A stretch of 64,000 bases of DNA from an uncultured Bacilli bacterium (GCA_949879765.1 CATLBQ010000002.1:2667-66666); one strand, 5' to 3'; positions 1 to 9,405 are shown, counted from the stretch's first letter. Numbers and translations: made by a program. The notes: generated by a model not told the origin, from the sequence alone.

Positions 1-1087
1 GGGATGTATTAGATATAGAATGGTTCCTACTGATGGATTTAAACCACTCTTAACTAATTTTTATGAACAAATAGAAGAGGGGTTTCAAATAATCTGCGAT
101 GTTTTATCTGAAAATTCAAGTATATCAAATGACTTAAAAACTTTTACTAATATTTCTTTATTTAAGCCTGATAATTCTGATCCAAGTGCAGATAATAGAT
201 ATAAAATTAAATTAGCTATATATAAAGCTGTATTAAAAAAAGCTAAATTTGACGTTGATTCAAATTATAAGGTATATTTTAATGCTTCACAAAATATCTT
301 AACTAAGGTAGGATATAAAGATTTAAACCCAAATAAAGGTATTTCATTAGATAAAGCAATAGAATTTTTTGAAAAGGTACATAGTGTCAACTTTAATAAG
401 GATAGTGGACCAATAATAAATTCAAATGGTCATAATTGGTTAGATGAAGAGTCAGTGGCATTATTAAATATATTAACTTGCAAAAATAGTTATGGCACAT
501 CAATATATGGTATAAAAGCCTTATATCCTGCAAATATTTATCATACCAAAGAAAGAAAGGACGATGTTGCTAGAGAAATCTACAATTATTTAATTGAAGG
601 TAAAATTGTTATTTTAGATTTATCGGTTGGTCATGCAATATTAAGGGAGTCGTTGAGTAAAAAAATAGCCAAGTATATTTTTAATGAATCAATGAATGTT
701 TTTACTCAAGGAGACAATCCTACTAATATAGTATTTTACATAGAAGAAGCACATAATTTAATTGGTAAGAAGATGGAACTAACTGATACTTGGCCTAGAC
801 TAGCAAAAGAAGGAGCTAAATATAAAATTGCTTTGGTATATGCGACGCAAGAAGTTTCATCAGTACATCCCAATATCTTAGCCAATACTGAAAATTGGTT
901 TGTTACACATTTAAACAGCGAAAAAGAAATTAACGAACTTGCAAAATTTTATGATTTTTCAGATTTTAGCCAATCACTTCTTAGAAGCCAAGATGTTGGT
1001 TTTGCGAGAGTCAAAACATTATCTAGTCCTTTTGTAATACCTATTCAAATTGATAAATTTAATCCTTCTAAATTTATTGGAGAGTAA
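1..1087 (+). CDS. HerA/FtsK-superfamily ATPase (DUF87-like), 3' part; gene start lies upstream of the window
   Basis: The frame is open from nt 2 to the TAA at 1085-1087, with no in-frame stop before the first ATG at 20. Motifs in the translation: IVFYIEEAHNL (Walker-B-like) and GAKYKIALVYATQEVSSVHPNILANTENWFVTHLNS (HerA-type C-terminal block). Walker A is not in the window. Confidence 0.6.
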   Translation, partial: GCIRYRMVPTDGFKPLLTNFYEQIEEGFQIICDVLSENSSISNDLKTFTNISLFKPDNSDPSADNRYKIKLAIYKAVLKKAKFDVDSNYKVYFNASQNILTKVGYKDLNPNKGISLDKAIEFFEKVHSVNFNKDSGPIINSNGHNWLDEESVALLNILTCKNSYGTSIYGIKALYPANIYHTKERKDDVAREIYNYLIEGKIVILDLSVGHAILRESLSKKIAKYIFNESMNVFTQGDNPTNIVFYIEEAHNLIGKKMELTDTWPRLAKEGAKYKIALVYATQEVSSVHPNILANTENWFVTHLNSEKEINELAKFYDFSDFSQSLLRSQDVGFARVKTLSSPFVIPIQIDKFNPSKFIGE

Positions 1088-1089
1088 AT

Positions 1090-2460
1090 ATGAGTAGTGA
1101 AAGCAAAATAGCTCATATTGATATTGCTAAAAATCCTAATGTTAAAGAATTTTTAGAATGTTGTACATTTATGAGAGAACCAAATGGAGAAGAAATTGAT
1201 GAAATTATTAATAATTTTGAAATTTTAAATATTAGAGAAGAAAAACTACCGGATAATTTAATAACAATTGCCTCTTCAAGTTATGAGGCTTCGATTCGTG
1301 ATAATATACCGTTTACAAATATAGGATATGTTAAATTAGTTACTTCATTACTAAAATATAATGATATTAAAGATGTTAGTAAAGACAAATTTATTGATCC
1401 TTTTAAATTAGCAAAGATAACAGATGAAAATGAATCACTTGTATTTGTTTTACCAAGCTGTAATATAAAGTATAAGGATACCAAAAATACTAGTGAAAGT
1501 TTTAGATTAGCATTAGATGAGTTTTTTGAAAATTTCAGAGATGATATTAATGATAGAAAAACAAGTTTGAAAGAAACCTTATTTTGGTTATTTTCATACA
1601 GAAAAATAAATAATGATGGAAAAATAATTTTACATAAATGTCCAACATGTGGTCATGAAAATATTACTGTTCAAAATATTGAGGAAAATCAGTTTTGTCC
1701 TTATTGTGAAAATAGAATTTTTGCTACTGATCGTTTACGTTTATATGAAGAATTAGATGAATATGCCATATCAAATAAAGGCGTTCTAGGACGCTTTGAA
1801 AAGGTTATTAAACATATATACTTGGGACATTTATTGAGAATGATTAAAGTTAAAAATAAAAATACTTATTTACAAATGTTGAAAAATGTAGGAATAATTA
1901 TTGATGGTCCATTAATGATTGCAGGTACAGCTGCTTGGGTGCACAAATCCTTAATGAAGGCGATATTTGAAATAAATGTTGAGATGAGAAAAAAAGGCTA
2001 TAATGATTTATTAATTATTGGATTATTAAAAGAAAGTAGCATAATTACTAATTATGCACAATTAATATCACAACATTTAGAGAATAATTCGTTGCTTTGT
2101 ATTTCAGATGATTTTAGAGAGAAATATATTACTTTTAATAAAGAAAGTTCAGGTACTACGTTTGGTAATGAAACATATTATGGACAAGATTTTTTGTGGA
2201 AACATAATAACAATGTTTTTTCATTTAATTTACCATACTATTTGGATACAAAAGAAAATGTTGAAAAATTTAAAATTGATAAGTGTAATTATTTGATGTA
2301 TAATAATTTGAATATTGCGTTACTTTTACTTTCAGAATTAAAATCTGATATAAGTAATACCAGTATTATACCATTAGTTTTATCAAAATCTTATACAATG
2401 ATTAGTATGGAACCAGGTTCAAAAGTTTTAGACTTACTTTCAAAAAATAATATAATTTAA
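1090..2460 (+). CDS. NurA-like nuclease-domain protein with an internal CxxC-x15-CxxC zinc ribbon
   Basis: The ATG lies 3 nt after the upstream stop, so the gene is operonic. IIIDGPLMIAG and LIIGLLKESS resemble the NurA DG(S/P)L and GxxKxS blocks. The ribbon CPTCGHENITVQNIEENQFCPYC lies upstream of both blocks. The family call is by eye only. Confidence 0.45.
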   Translation: MSSESKIAHIDIAKNPNVKEFLECCTFMREPNGEEIDEIINNFEILNIREEKLPDNLITIASSSYEASIRDNIPFTNIGYVKLVTSLLKYNDIKDVSKDKFIDPFKLAKITDENESLVFVLPSCNIKYKDTKNTSESFRLALDEFFENFRDDINDRKTSLKETLFWLFSYRKINNDGKIILHKCPTCGHENITVQNIEENQFCPYCENRIFATDRLRLYEELDEYAISNKGVLGRFEKVIKHIYLGHLLRMIKVKNKNTYLQMLKNVGIIIDGPLMIAGTAAWVHKSLMKAIFEINVEMRKKGYNDLLIIGLLKESSIITNYAQLISQHLENNSLLCISDDFREKYITFNKESSGTTFGNETYYGQDFLWKHNNNVFSFNLPYYLDTKENVEKFKIDKCNYLMYNNLNIALLLLSELKSDISNTSIIPLVLSKSYTMISMEPGSKVLDLLSKNNII

Positions 2461-2511
2461 ATTGTTTAACATGAATTTAGTCTAGACTTTTCTTTCAATA
2501 AGCAATTAGAT

Positions 2512-3039
2512 GTGTTTGATAGTCATACCTATGCAGGTTTGAAAATAGTAAAAACAGGTATTGGTGCTTTTGGTAATCACAGATTATTAAATGATGTTAT
2601 TTTTGACGAGAATTTAAGAGAATTATCAGAATGGTTTTTTGAAGATTGTAAATCTTTGTATGCGGTAAACCTCAAAAATACAATGATAAGTAAAATTCCT
2701 AGACATTGTTTTGAATTAGAAAGAATGATATACATCAATCGGCCACCTAGAACAGAAAATGGATTATTATTGATATCTAGTTCTATTAAAACAATTGGAG
2801 AATTGGCGTTTCATAATTGCAATAAGATTAAAAAAATAGTAATTGAATCAAGTGATACTGAAATTTCTTCTTTTGCCTTTGATAGGTTAAAGAACTTGGA
2901 AGAAGTCGTTTTACCAAAAGATACAAGTAGAATTCAAAATAATGCATTTGCGGATTGCCCCAAAGATGTTAAAATTTCAGGTGTAAATATATCTACAACT
3001 GAGAAAAATAAAATTTTTAGTTGTTCAGAAGATAAATAA
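2512..3039 (+). CDS. Leucine-rich-repeat (BspA / LRR_5-type) domain fragment, probably a gene remnant
   Basis: GTG start, with no signal peptide or anchor. Repeat units of the form IxxIxxxAFxxCxxLxxV are present (IKTIGELAFHNCNKIKKIVI, ISSFAFDRLKNLEEVVL, IQNNAFADC). Confidence 0.45.
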   Translation: MFDSHTYAGLKIVKTGIGAFGNHRLLNDVIFDENLRELSEWFFEDCKSLYAVNLKNTMISKIPRHCFELERMIYINRPPRTENGLLLISSSIKTIGELAFHNCNKIKKIVIESSDTEISSFAFDRLKNLEEVVLPKDTSRIQNNAFADCPKDVKISGVNISTTEKNKIFSCSEDK

Positions 3040-3468
3040 AACATTTAAATGATATATCAATCATTTCATTTATATGAGGAGTAATTCAATGATAGTAGAA
3101 GAAACAAGACGATATATGGAATGATTTGATATAAAATAAGATGAGTAAAAGTTTTTTTGGTGAAATGAAGTATCAAATTATTGATAAAAATTCTTATTTA
3201 TATAATGACAAGATAGCTTTTTTTAACTTGATTAAATCAGATGATGATTTTGGAAATGAGGGGATAATATTTGTATTTATCAAGGAAAAAGATTATTTGA
3301 TAGATTAATAAAACACTATTTTGCATAAAAAAGAATAAATATATTGTAAAAATGGAAACGATTTTGTATAATATGAACGAGGAGAGTCAATGACTAAGAT
3401 AGTTTTACAATATGAAAATCAGTATAACATGTGAGACTCTCTTGTTAAAAGATGGAAAGGAGATAGTA

Positions 3469-3861
3469 ATGAAAAGATTAGGTATAATCATGGTAGGATT
3501 TATGTTTGTAATGTGTTTGATGGGATGCAAAAGTGAGAAAGAGAAGGAAATACTCATAAAAGAAGATTATTTAGAATATGCTATTTCTCTAGGAGAAAAA
3601 GATTTAACCATCGAAAACATTGAAATCATAGATAATTATGGTGAATATAATGGTGCTTATGTTGTAAAAATGAATAGGGGAGCCTATCAAGTATTAACGA
3701 TGATTGAGGTCGGAGGATTGAATTTTCAGTTTCCTGACTCAAATACTCCTTTAGTGTGGAAAAATCGTACTTTTTATGAACTGGAGGATGCATACCAAAA
3801 AAATATATTAAATTTGGATAATTTAACAAACCTTCAGGACAAGATAAATAAGGATTTTTAG
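3469..3861 (+). CDS. Small lipoprotein of unknown function
   Basis: An AAAGGAG RBS lies about 7 nt before the ATG at 3469. The signal peptide has lipobox LMGC (MKRLGIIMVGFMFVMCLMGC). The ORF-track start at 3412 is probably too far upstream. Confidence 0.6.
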   Translation: MKRLGIIMVGFMFVMCLMGCKSEKEKEILIKEDYLEYAISLGEKDLTIENIEIIDNYGEYNGAYVVKMNRGAYQVLTMIEVGGLNFQFPDSNTPLVWKNRTFYELEDAYQKNILNLDNLTNLQDKINKDF

Positions 3862-3915
3862 ACGAGAACCAAACAAAAAAAATTTGGCATAGGATGAAGA
3901 TGGTCAAGTCGTGAT

Positions 3916-4173
3916 ATGCAACCGAATGATAGCATAAATGACAATATCAAAATATACGTTCATACAACAATCGACCATCGGAGTTATTCGTATTTACAAA
4001 AGAATGGTGAATATCAATTGGCATTAGATTTTACAAATAGCCCATATCCATATATTCAATATTATAACTGGGAAGTTATAGGTAAAGATGGAATAAATGT
4101 AAGTATAAGCAATTGGGGTATCATCACATCTAGTGGAGTAGGAGAAGCTACAATAATAGGTAGTTATGGATGA
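3916..4173 (+). CDS. 85-aa ORF ending in a bacterial Ig-like (Big_2-type) motif; probable fragment
   Basis: The C-terminal GIITSSGVGEATIIGSYG resembles the end of Big_2 domains. There is no signal peptide, and the ORF is isolated in an AT-rich spacer. Confidence 0.3.
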   Translation: MQPNDSINDNIKIYVHTTIDHRSYSYLQKNGEYQLALDFTNSPYPYIQYYNWEVIGKDGINVSISNWGIITSSGVGEATIIGSYG

Positions 4174-4213
4174 AACGCAAGAGTATTCATTTCACTATTC
4201 AGAATAAAAGAAA

Positions 4214-4261
4214 GAAGGGTTAGTAAAGGGTATAAACTACACTTATACTAATTCTTTTTTT
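4214..4261 (+). terminator. Probable Rho-independent terminator
   Basis: GGGTTAGTA (4217-4225) pairs with TACTAATTC (4246-4254), including G-U pairs. A run of seven T follows. Confidence 0.5.
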
Positions 4262-4397
4262 GTGATATTAATACCTATTTTGTAAATAACGCTAAGCCAC
4301 AATAACATCAAATAATAAAACAATCATCATAAAAAATTGCATAAAATAGTATTTTATTTTTGTTCATGATATAATGCATATGAAAAGGAGGTATTCC

Positions 4398-6851
4398 ATG
4401 CTAGAACTCAAACATATTACAAAGATATATCAAGGTAGAAAAGAAAAAAACAAAATTGTTGCCTTAGATGATATTCATCTATCATTTGCACAAACGGGAC
4501 TCGTTTTCATTTTAGGACCATCTGGTTGTGGAAAATCAACGCTATTGAATATTCTTGGAGGAATCGATTGTCCAACAAGTGGAGAAATTACAATTCATGG
4601 GCAAAGTGTGAAATCAAGTGAAAAAGCATTGGATGATTATCGCAATCAATATATTGGATTTGTATTTCAGGATTATAATTTAATTTCCGATATCACCATT
4701 TATGATAATCTATCTCTTGCTTGTTTCAATTTATCCAAAGATGAAAAAGATAAAAAGATTACGCAAGTCTTACATCAAGTTGGATTAGAAAATTATGAAA
4801 AAAGATTTCCTACCGAATTATCTGGTGGGCAGATGCAAAGGGTTGCTATTGCAAGAGCACTGCTCAAAGATTCACAAATTCTATTGGCTGATGAACCAAC
4901 TGGCAATTTGAATAGTGAAATGAGTATTGAGATTATGGAATTACTCAAGGCACTATCCCTTGAAAAGTTAGTGATTGTGGTTTCTCATAATGAAAGTTTA
5001 GCTACTCAATATGCAAATCGAATCATCCATATAAAAGATGGAAGAGTACTCAAGGATACACTACCTAGTGATTTCAAAGAAAATAGTGGTAAAATACAAC
5101 CTCAACCGCCTATTCAAGCATTAAGTCATCGGATGATTGTAAAAATGATGATTCATAATCTAGCTAAAAAGAAAGTGGATACGATAATGAGCACATTTAT
5201 ATTACTACTATCTTTTATTGTCATGTTTATTGCGTTTTCTTTTGTCAATTATAACCGACAAGATGTGGATGTTAAAAATATTCCTCAGTTTGGTTATTTA
5301 ACGATTGAATCTATTTTTGGCAATGCTTTAGGAAACAATCTGATTTATGAAAGCCAGCTATCAGAAATTCAAAAACAATATCCTGATTTAATAGCAATAA
5401 AAAACAACACAATTAATAGTGCGCAAGATATCCTGAATTATGGGATGGTCTTGTATCCTCATTATGAAGAAATCACTAATGAAAGCATTTATATGAGTGA
5501 ATTTGCGATATCAAAAGCACTTTATGATGAGGATGTATTTTATGATAGTGAGGGAAAACAGCCCGTTTCATTTACAAGTGATATTCAATATGATGAACTA
5601 GTAGGCACTTATTTTAGAGAAGAATATGGATTAGATAATTTTCAATTTTATCGGATTAGCGGTATATATCAATGCATTGAAGGGTATCAAGATGAAGATA
5701 AGTTTTCTCAATTTTCGTTAGAAAACGATATATTTCAATATTATCATCATGTACAATCGGATATATATTATCCTCAAAATGGGAAGTATTATAAAGACGT
5801 TCATCAAAGAAGTGGGGGTTTTTTTGACAATGGTGAACCTTTTATATTGAATATGAATCATCATAGTGATTTAAATAATTATAACAAAAGTGTTTGGATA
5901 GCATCTTCTGTAAATTGGTTTACAACTAACACATACCAATATATTTTGACAGACCAAGAACTCATTTTTGTAGAAAATGGAGAAAAGTTTGTGGTTCAAA
6001 ATGATAATGAAATTTATTTGACTTTACCACTTTATAATTTGGCTTTTCATGAAAATAGAACTATGGATTATTTTGTGAGACGTGATTGGAATATGCGAGA
6101 TCCAATTGTAGAGCACTATTCTGCTCATATCAATGAAGAAATTTCCATTGAGATGATTGACCAATACTTAGAAAATTATCGATTTCAAAAAGATAAATTG
6201 ATTTTTAAAGGCATCTTGTTTGATGAGAATAGATTAAACGAACCAGAGCATCTAAGGTGTCAAATGATTGTATCAGAGGCTAATTATTTTGAAATGCTTG
6301 AAATTACTTCACCAAAAAAGTTTCAAGTAAAAACAGATTCTATTTTCAACATGAGACAATTTGTCAAAGATGCAGAAGAATTAGGGATAAAAATCTATTA
6401 TCCTTATACAAGATATATCAATGAGTTTGAGTATAATATGGGAATGACTCAATTTGTGTTTACTTGTTTGTTTATTCTCTTAACCATACTGACCTTATTA
6501 CAACAGTACTATTTTATGAAAAGAATAATCAAACACACAAACAAAGAAATAGGGATATTGCGTTCTATTGGCATTCGAAAAAAGGATATATTGAAGATTT
6601 ATTTACTCCAAATTTTATGGATTACGAGTATAATTGTAATAGTGACTTTGGTGAGTTCGTATATAGCTATTCAACAAATCAATATAACTTTAGTTCAAGA
6701 ATATTCTACGGATGTCTATTTATTATTTTATAAATGGTGGTATTTACCATTTACCATTTTGTTGATAGGTGGTATCAGTTTATTATCATCATCATTTACT
6801 TTATTCCAAGTGATGAAAAGAAGAACTATCGATATCATTCGAACGGAATAA
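4398..6851 (+). CDS. Fused ABC transporter ATP-binding protein / FtsX-family permease (MacB-like) with a large extracytoplasmic domain
   Basis: An AAAGGAGG RBS precedes the ATG at 4398. Walker A is GPSGCGKST, the signature is LSGGQMQRVAIARAL and Walker B is ILLADEPTGNL. One TM helix is followed by about 380 aa of soluble domain, then C-terminal FtsX-type helices (ILRSIGIRKKDI loop). Confidence 0.85.
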   Translation: MLELKHITKIYQGRKEKNKIVALDDIHLSFAQTGLVFILGPSGCGKSTLLNILGGIDCPTSGEITIHGQSVKSSEKALDDYRNQYIGFVFQDYNLISDITIYDNLSLACFNLSKDEKDKKITQVLHQVGLENYEKRFPTELSGGQMQRVAIARALLKDSQILLADEPTGNLNSEMSIEIMELLKALSLEKLVIVVSHNESLATQYANRIIHIKDGRVLKDTLPSDFKENSGKIQPQPPIQALSHRMIVKMMIHNLAKKKVDTIMSTFILLLSFIVMFIAFSFVNYNRQDVDVKNIPQFGYLTIESIFGNALGNNLIYESQLSEIQKQYPDLIAIKNNTINSAQDILNYGMVLYPHYEEITNESIYMSEFAISKALYDEDVFYDSEGKQPVSFTSDIQYDELVGTYFREEYGLDNFQFYRISGIYQCIEGYQDEDKFSQFSLENDIFQYYHHVQSDIYYPQNGKYYKDVHQRSGGFFDNGEPFILNMNHHSDLNNYNKSVWIASSVNWFTTNTYQYILTDQELIFVENGEKFVVQNDNEIYLTLPLYNLAFHENRTMDYFVRRDWNMRDPIVEHYSAHINEEISIEMIDQYLENYRFQKDKLIFKGILFDENRLNEPEHLRCQMIVSEANYFEMLEITSPKKFQVKTDSIFNMRQFVKDAEELGIKIYYPYTRYINEFEYNMGMTQFVFTCLFILLTILTLLQQYYFMKRIIKHTNKEIGILRSIGIRKKDILKIYLLQILWITSIIVIVTLVSSYIAIQQINITLVQEYSTDVYLLFYKWWYLPFTILLIGGISLLSSSFTLFQVMKRRTIDIIRTE

Positions 6852-6936
6852 ATCATAGTAGAGATGTTTGGGGCATTCATTTTTTAAAATTATTTTATCA
6901 ATAGGTACCAAAACGTATGAATAGACTTTAAAGATG

Positions 6937-6968
6937 AGGAATAGTGTAAAAAACTATTCCTTTTTTTG
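6937..6968 (+). terminator. Rho-independent terminator
   Basis: AGGAATAGT (6937-6945) pairs with ACTATTCCT (6953-6961) around a 7-nt loop. A T-run follows. Confidence 0.8.
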
Positions 6969-7019
6969 AATATGAGTAAGAGTATGCAGCCATTTTTACT
7001 AGAACCATAAACGAAAAAG

Positions 7020-7048
7020 TTGCAATTTCAAGAAAAACATTGTATAAT
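7020..7048 (+). promoter_or_regulatory. SigA-type promoter
   Basis: TTGCAA (7020-7025), a 17-nt spacer, then TATAAT (7043-7048). Confidence 0.7.
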
Positions 7049-7083
7049 AAGAAAGAATAAAAAGGAAAAAAGGTGAAAATTTG

Positions 7084-7800
7084 ATGTTAACAGAAGTCGT
7101 TTATCCTGGTGTGTTTGGTATTGAACATATCTTGTATTTATGTTGTTTTATAGGACTCTTGATAGGAGAAATTTTTTTAATTCGTAAATTAAAAAAGAAT
7201 CAACAAACCGTATTGATTCGGATACTAGCAGGACTTCATTTGTGTTTTATTCTAATTAACCGGATATCCGTTACGTATTCTGATGTGGTTATTCAAGCTC
7301 GTGAAGGATATACATGGTTGAATTTGATTCCCAATACGTATTGTGGTTGGATGTCACTTGTCCTACCTATTGTAGTATTTGTTGGTAAGAAGGACAATGT
7401 GATGTTGCATTTTATTGCTTATTTGGCTTTCTTTGGTGGTGTAATTACGATGATTTATCCAGATTTTCTAGATAGTCAATCTTTTTGGGATATTAGAAGC
7501 ATTACTGGTTTATTGCATCATAGTTTGATGGTATATGGAGTGGTCGCCTTAGTGATGTGTGACTGGATGAGACCTACTTTGAAAAGGTGGTATGTCTATC
7601 CACTAGGCTATGCTTGCCTCATGACAGTCGGGTTATTTGAAGAAACAGCTTTGGGCTTTACAAAATCTATCTATGCACCACTGATTGGTTCAATGGAGAT
7701 CTTGACTTCGTGGTATATGATGTATGGGGTAACTACGCTTTTGGCGGTATTGACGATGTATATTTTTGATAAGAAATCATTATGCAAATCCAATTGTTAA
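7084..7800 (+). CDS. YwaF-like (TIGR02206 / TMEM164-like) polytopic membrane protein, paralog 1
   Basis: Multi-TM protein. It shares motifs with the ORFs at 7782 and 14992: IPNTYCGW, FFGGVITMIYP, LLHHSL. AAGGTGA precedes the ATG at 7084. Confidence 0.6.
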   Translation: MLTEVVYPGVFGIEHILYLCCFIGLLIGEIFLIRKLKKNQQTVLIRILAGLHLCFILINRISVTYSDVVIQAREGYTWLNLIPNTYCGWMSLVLPIVVFVGKKDNVMLHFIAYLAFFGGVITMIYPDFLDSQSFWDIRSITGLLHHSLMVYGVVALVMCDWMRPTLKRWYVYPLGYACLMTVGLFEETALGFTKSIYAPLIGSMEILTSWYMMYGVTTLLAVLTMYIFDKKSLCKSNC

Positions 7801-8675
7801 ATGGGTATTATTTTCTATATATAGGGATTGCTATTTTCCTATTGGTAGGATTGTATGTGGTTTTACGGCACCGAACAGATGCATATCTTATTCTTCAAAT
7901 CATCGCTTTCCTCAATTTAGGTATCCATTTTTGCAAACTCCTCATAGAACCCTATCGAAGTGGATTACCCGATACCCTTCGAAAAGTAACTCCAGAAAAC
8001 ATTTGTGCAGTATCTACTCTTCTGTTACCTTTTGTGTTGATGTTAAAGGATGGTAAAATCAAAAACTATTTTTTCTTCATCAGTTTTATTGGAGGATGTG
8101 CAGCTATGTTTTATCCAATGGAAGCACTCGGAAAAGAAGCATTTGCTTTAGATACCATTCGTTTTTATATTTGCCACATGATATTGTTCTTCATCCCCGT
8201 ATTGGCTACTCTACTGGGGTACTTCCAGTTTTCATATGATTGGAAAGCGATTTTGAGTGTACCGATCCTTTTTTTGGTAGTAGAGTGCATCATCTTAGCC
8301 AATGAATATGTGCTCAGATGGATAGGATTTGTCAATCCAGACTGGAGTATATTTTATAACCGAATGGATCGGAATTCTTCGTTTATTTTTGGACCACTTC
8401 CTGCCTTAGATGATATCTATCAAGTCATAATGGATGTTATGGTACCTCGTTGTTTCAAGACAGATTATTTTGGGATAACAAAAGATGGTGTATTCTATTT
8501 TCCTGTTTTTTGGATGACCCTACCAGTATTTGTTTATTTTCCTATCTTATATACGATAGTTTATGGAATATTTAGACTTTTGAGTCGTCTTGGGGATGTC
8601 AAGGATAGCGTATTGAAAAAAAGGGAATCCAAGTCCAAGCGAATGCATTTTGATTCCAATCATGTTGAGCGTTGA
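7782..8675 (+). CDS. YwaF-like polytopic membrane protein, paralog 2
   Basis: Overlaps the upstream paralog by 19 nt. Carries the same motif set (TPENICAV, FIGGCAAMFYP, YICHMI) plus a C-terminal extension. Confidence 0.55.
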   Translation: MQIQLLNGYYFLYIGIAIFLLVGLYVVLRHRTDAYLILQIIAFLNLGIHFCKLLIEPYRSGLPDTLRKVTPENICAVSTLLLPFVLMLKDGKIKNYFFFISFIGGCAAMFYPMEALGKEAFALDTIRFYICHMILFFIPVLATLLGYFQFSYDWKAILSVPILFLVVECIILANEYVLRWIGFVNPDWSIFYNRMDRNSSFIFGPLPALDDIYQVIMDVMVPRCFKTDYFGITKDGVFYFPVFWMTLPVFVYFPILYTIVYGIFRLLSRLGDVKDSVLKKRESKSKRMHFDSNHVER

Positions 8676-8695
8676 TTGATTCAGCGCTCTTTTTC
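8667..8695 (+). terminator. Possible Rho-independent terminator overlapping the stop codon
   Basis: GAGCG(T) pairs with (G)CGCTC around an 11-nt loop, followed by TTTTT. Confidence 0.45.
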
Positions 8696-8797
8696 ATTGA
8701 AATAAATGGCGTATTTTGGAAAATTTCATTTCCTTTTAATATGGCTCCATCACGATATCTAATAAAATAGAAAAATTTTACATTTTTGCAAAAATAA

Positions 8798-8827
8798 TGA
8801 AACTTTTTCCCTGTTTCAAACGCTATA
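8798..8827 (+). promoter_or_regulatory. ECF-type (AAC / CGT class) promoter, probably autoregulatory
   Basis: TGAAAC (8798-8803), a 17-nt spacer, then CGCTATA (8821-8827). It lies about 35 nt upstream of the sigma-factor start codon. It resembles B. subtilis SigW-type promoters (TGAAAC-N16-CGTA). Confidence 0.55.
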
Positions 8828-8862
8828 TAGATAGAACAGGGAAAATCAGAAGAGGTAGCGCT

Positions 8863-9405
8863 ATGACAGACGAAAAAAGACTCTTTAAAATGATGAATAG
8901 CAATAATCCAAGATCCATTGACGATGCCTTGAATGATATTTATGAAACATATAAACCTCTATTGGTATTTATCGCTTCAAGATATTTAAATGATACAGAA
9001 GATATTAAAGATGTTGTCCAAGAAACATTTATTGAATTCTTTCAACATCTGCATCAAGAGCATAAAAATATAAAGGCTTATTTGACCATTGCATGCAAGC
9101 ACCATGCGATTGATGTATTACGCAAAAAGAAGCACATTCAATATATGAGTGAGGAAGAAATCAATGCGCTCATTGATGATGATACAAGATATCAAAATAC
9201 GTATAGTGAAATGATTCATGATTTGCGATGCTACCTCCAAGAAGAAGAGGTCAATATCATTGTTTTTCATTTGGTAGATGGATTGACATTCCAAGAAATA
9301 GCAGTGAAAATGTACACCAATGCCAATACCATAAAAACAAGATATTATCGAGCGCTTAGAAAATATCAAAAACAGAAGGGATTGAAGGTGTATGAAAAAA
9401 ATTGA
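8863..9405 (+). CDS. ECF-family RNA polymerase sigma-70 factor
   Basis: A region-2-like block (DVVQETFIEFF) and a region-4 HTH (LTFQEIAVKMYTNANTIKTRYYRALRKY). GAAGAGG precedes the ATG at 8863. The track start at 8797 would read through the promoter. Confidence 0.8.
   Translation: MTDEKRLFKMMNSNNPRSIDDALNDIYETYKPLLVFIASRYLNDTEDIKDVVQETFIEFFQHLHQEHKNIKAYLTIACKHHAIDVLRKKKHIQYMSEEEINALIDDDTRYQNTYSEMIHDLRCYLQEEEVNIIVFHLVDGLTFQEIAVKMYTNANTIKTRYYRALRKYQKQKGLKVYEKN

Noticed and set aside
2479-2488. The perfect 10-bp palindrome AGTCTAGACT just after the NurA-like stop codon.
   Set aside because: It is too short and has no loop, so it cannot act as a terminator. There is only a single occurrence, and I cannot assign it a function.
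7766-8056. A plus-strand alternative-frame ORF (96 aa) overlapping the YwaF paralog 2 gene. The same applies to 6464-6733, 11796-11996, 12618-12872, 38113-38307 and 48096-48305.
   Set aside because: These are out-of-frame overlaps with better-supported genes. Their translations are low-complexity and carry no motifs.
8797-8862. The N-terminal extension of the sigma-factor ORF (track start at 8797).
   Set aside because: The extension reads through the ECF-type promoter and has no RBS. The ATG at 8863 has GAAGAGG upstream and gives a normal ~180-aa ECF sigma.
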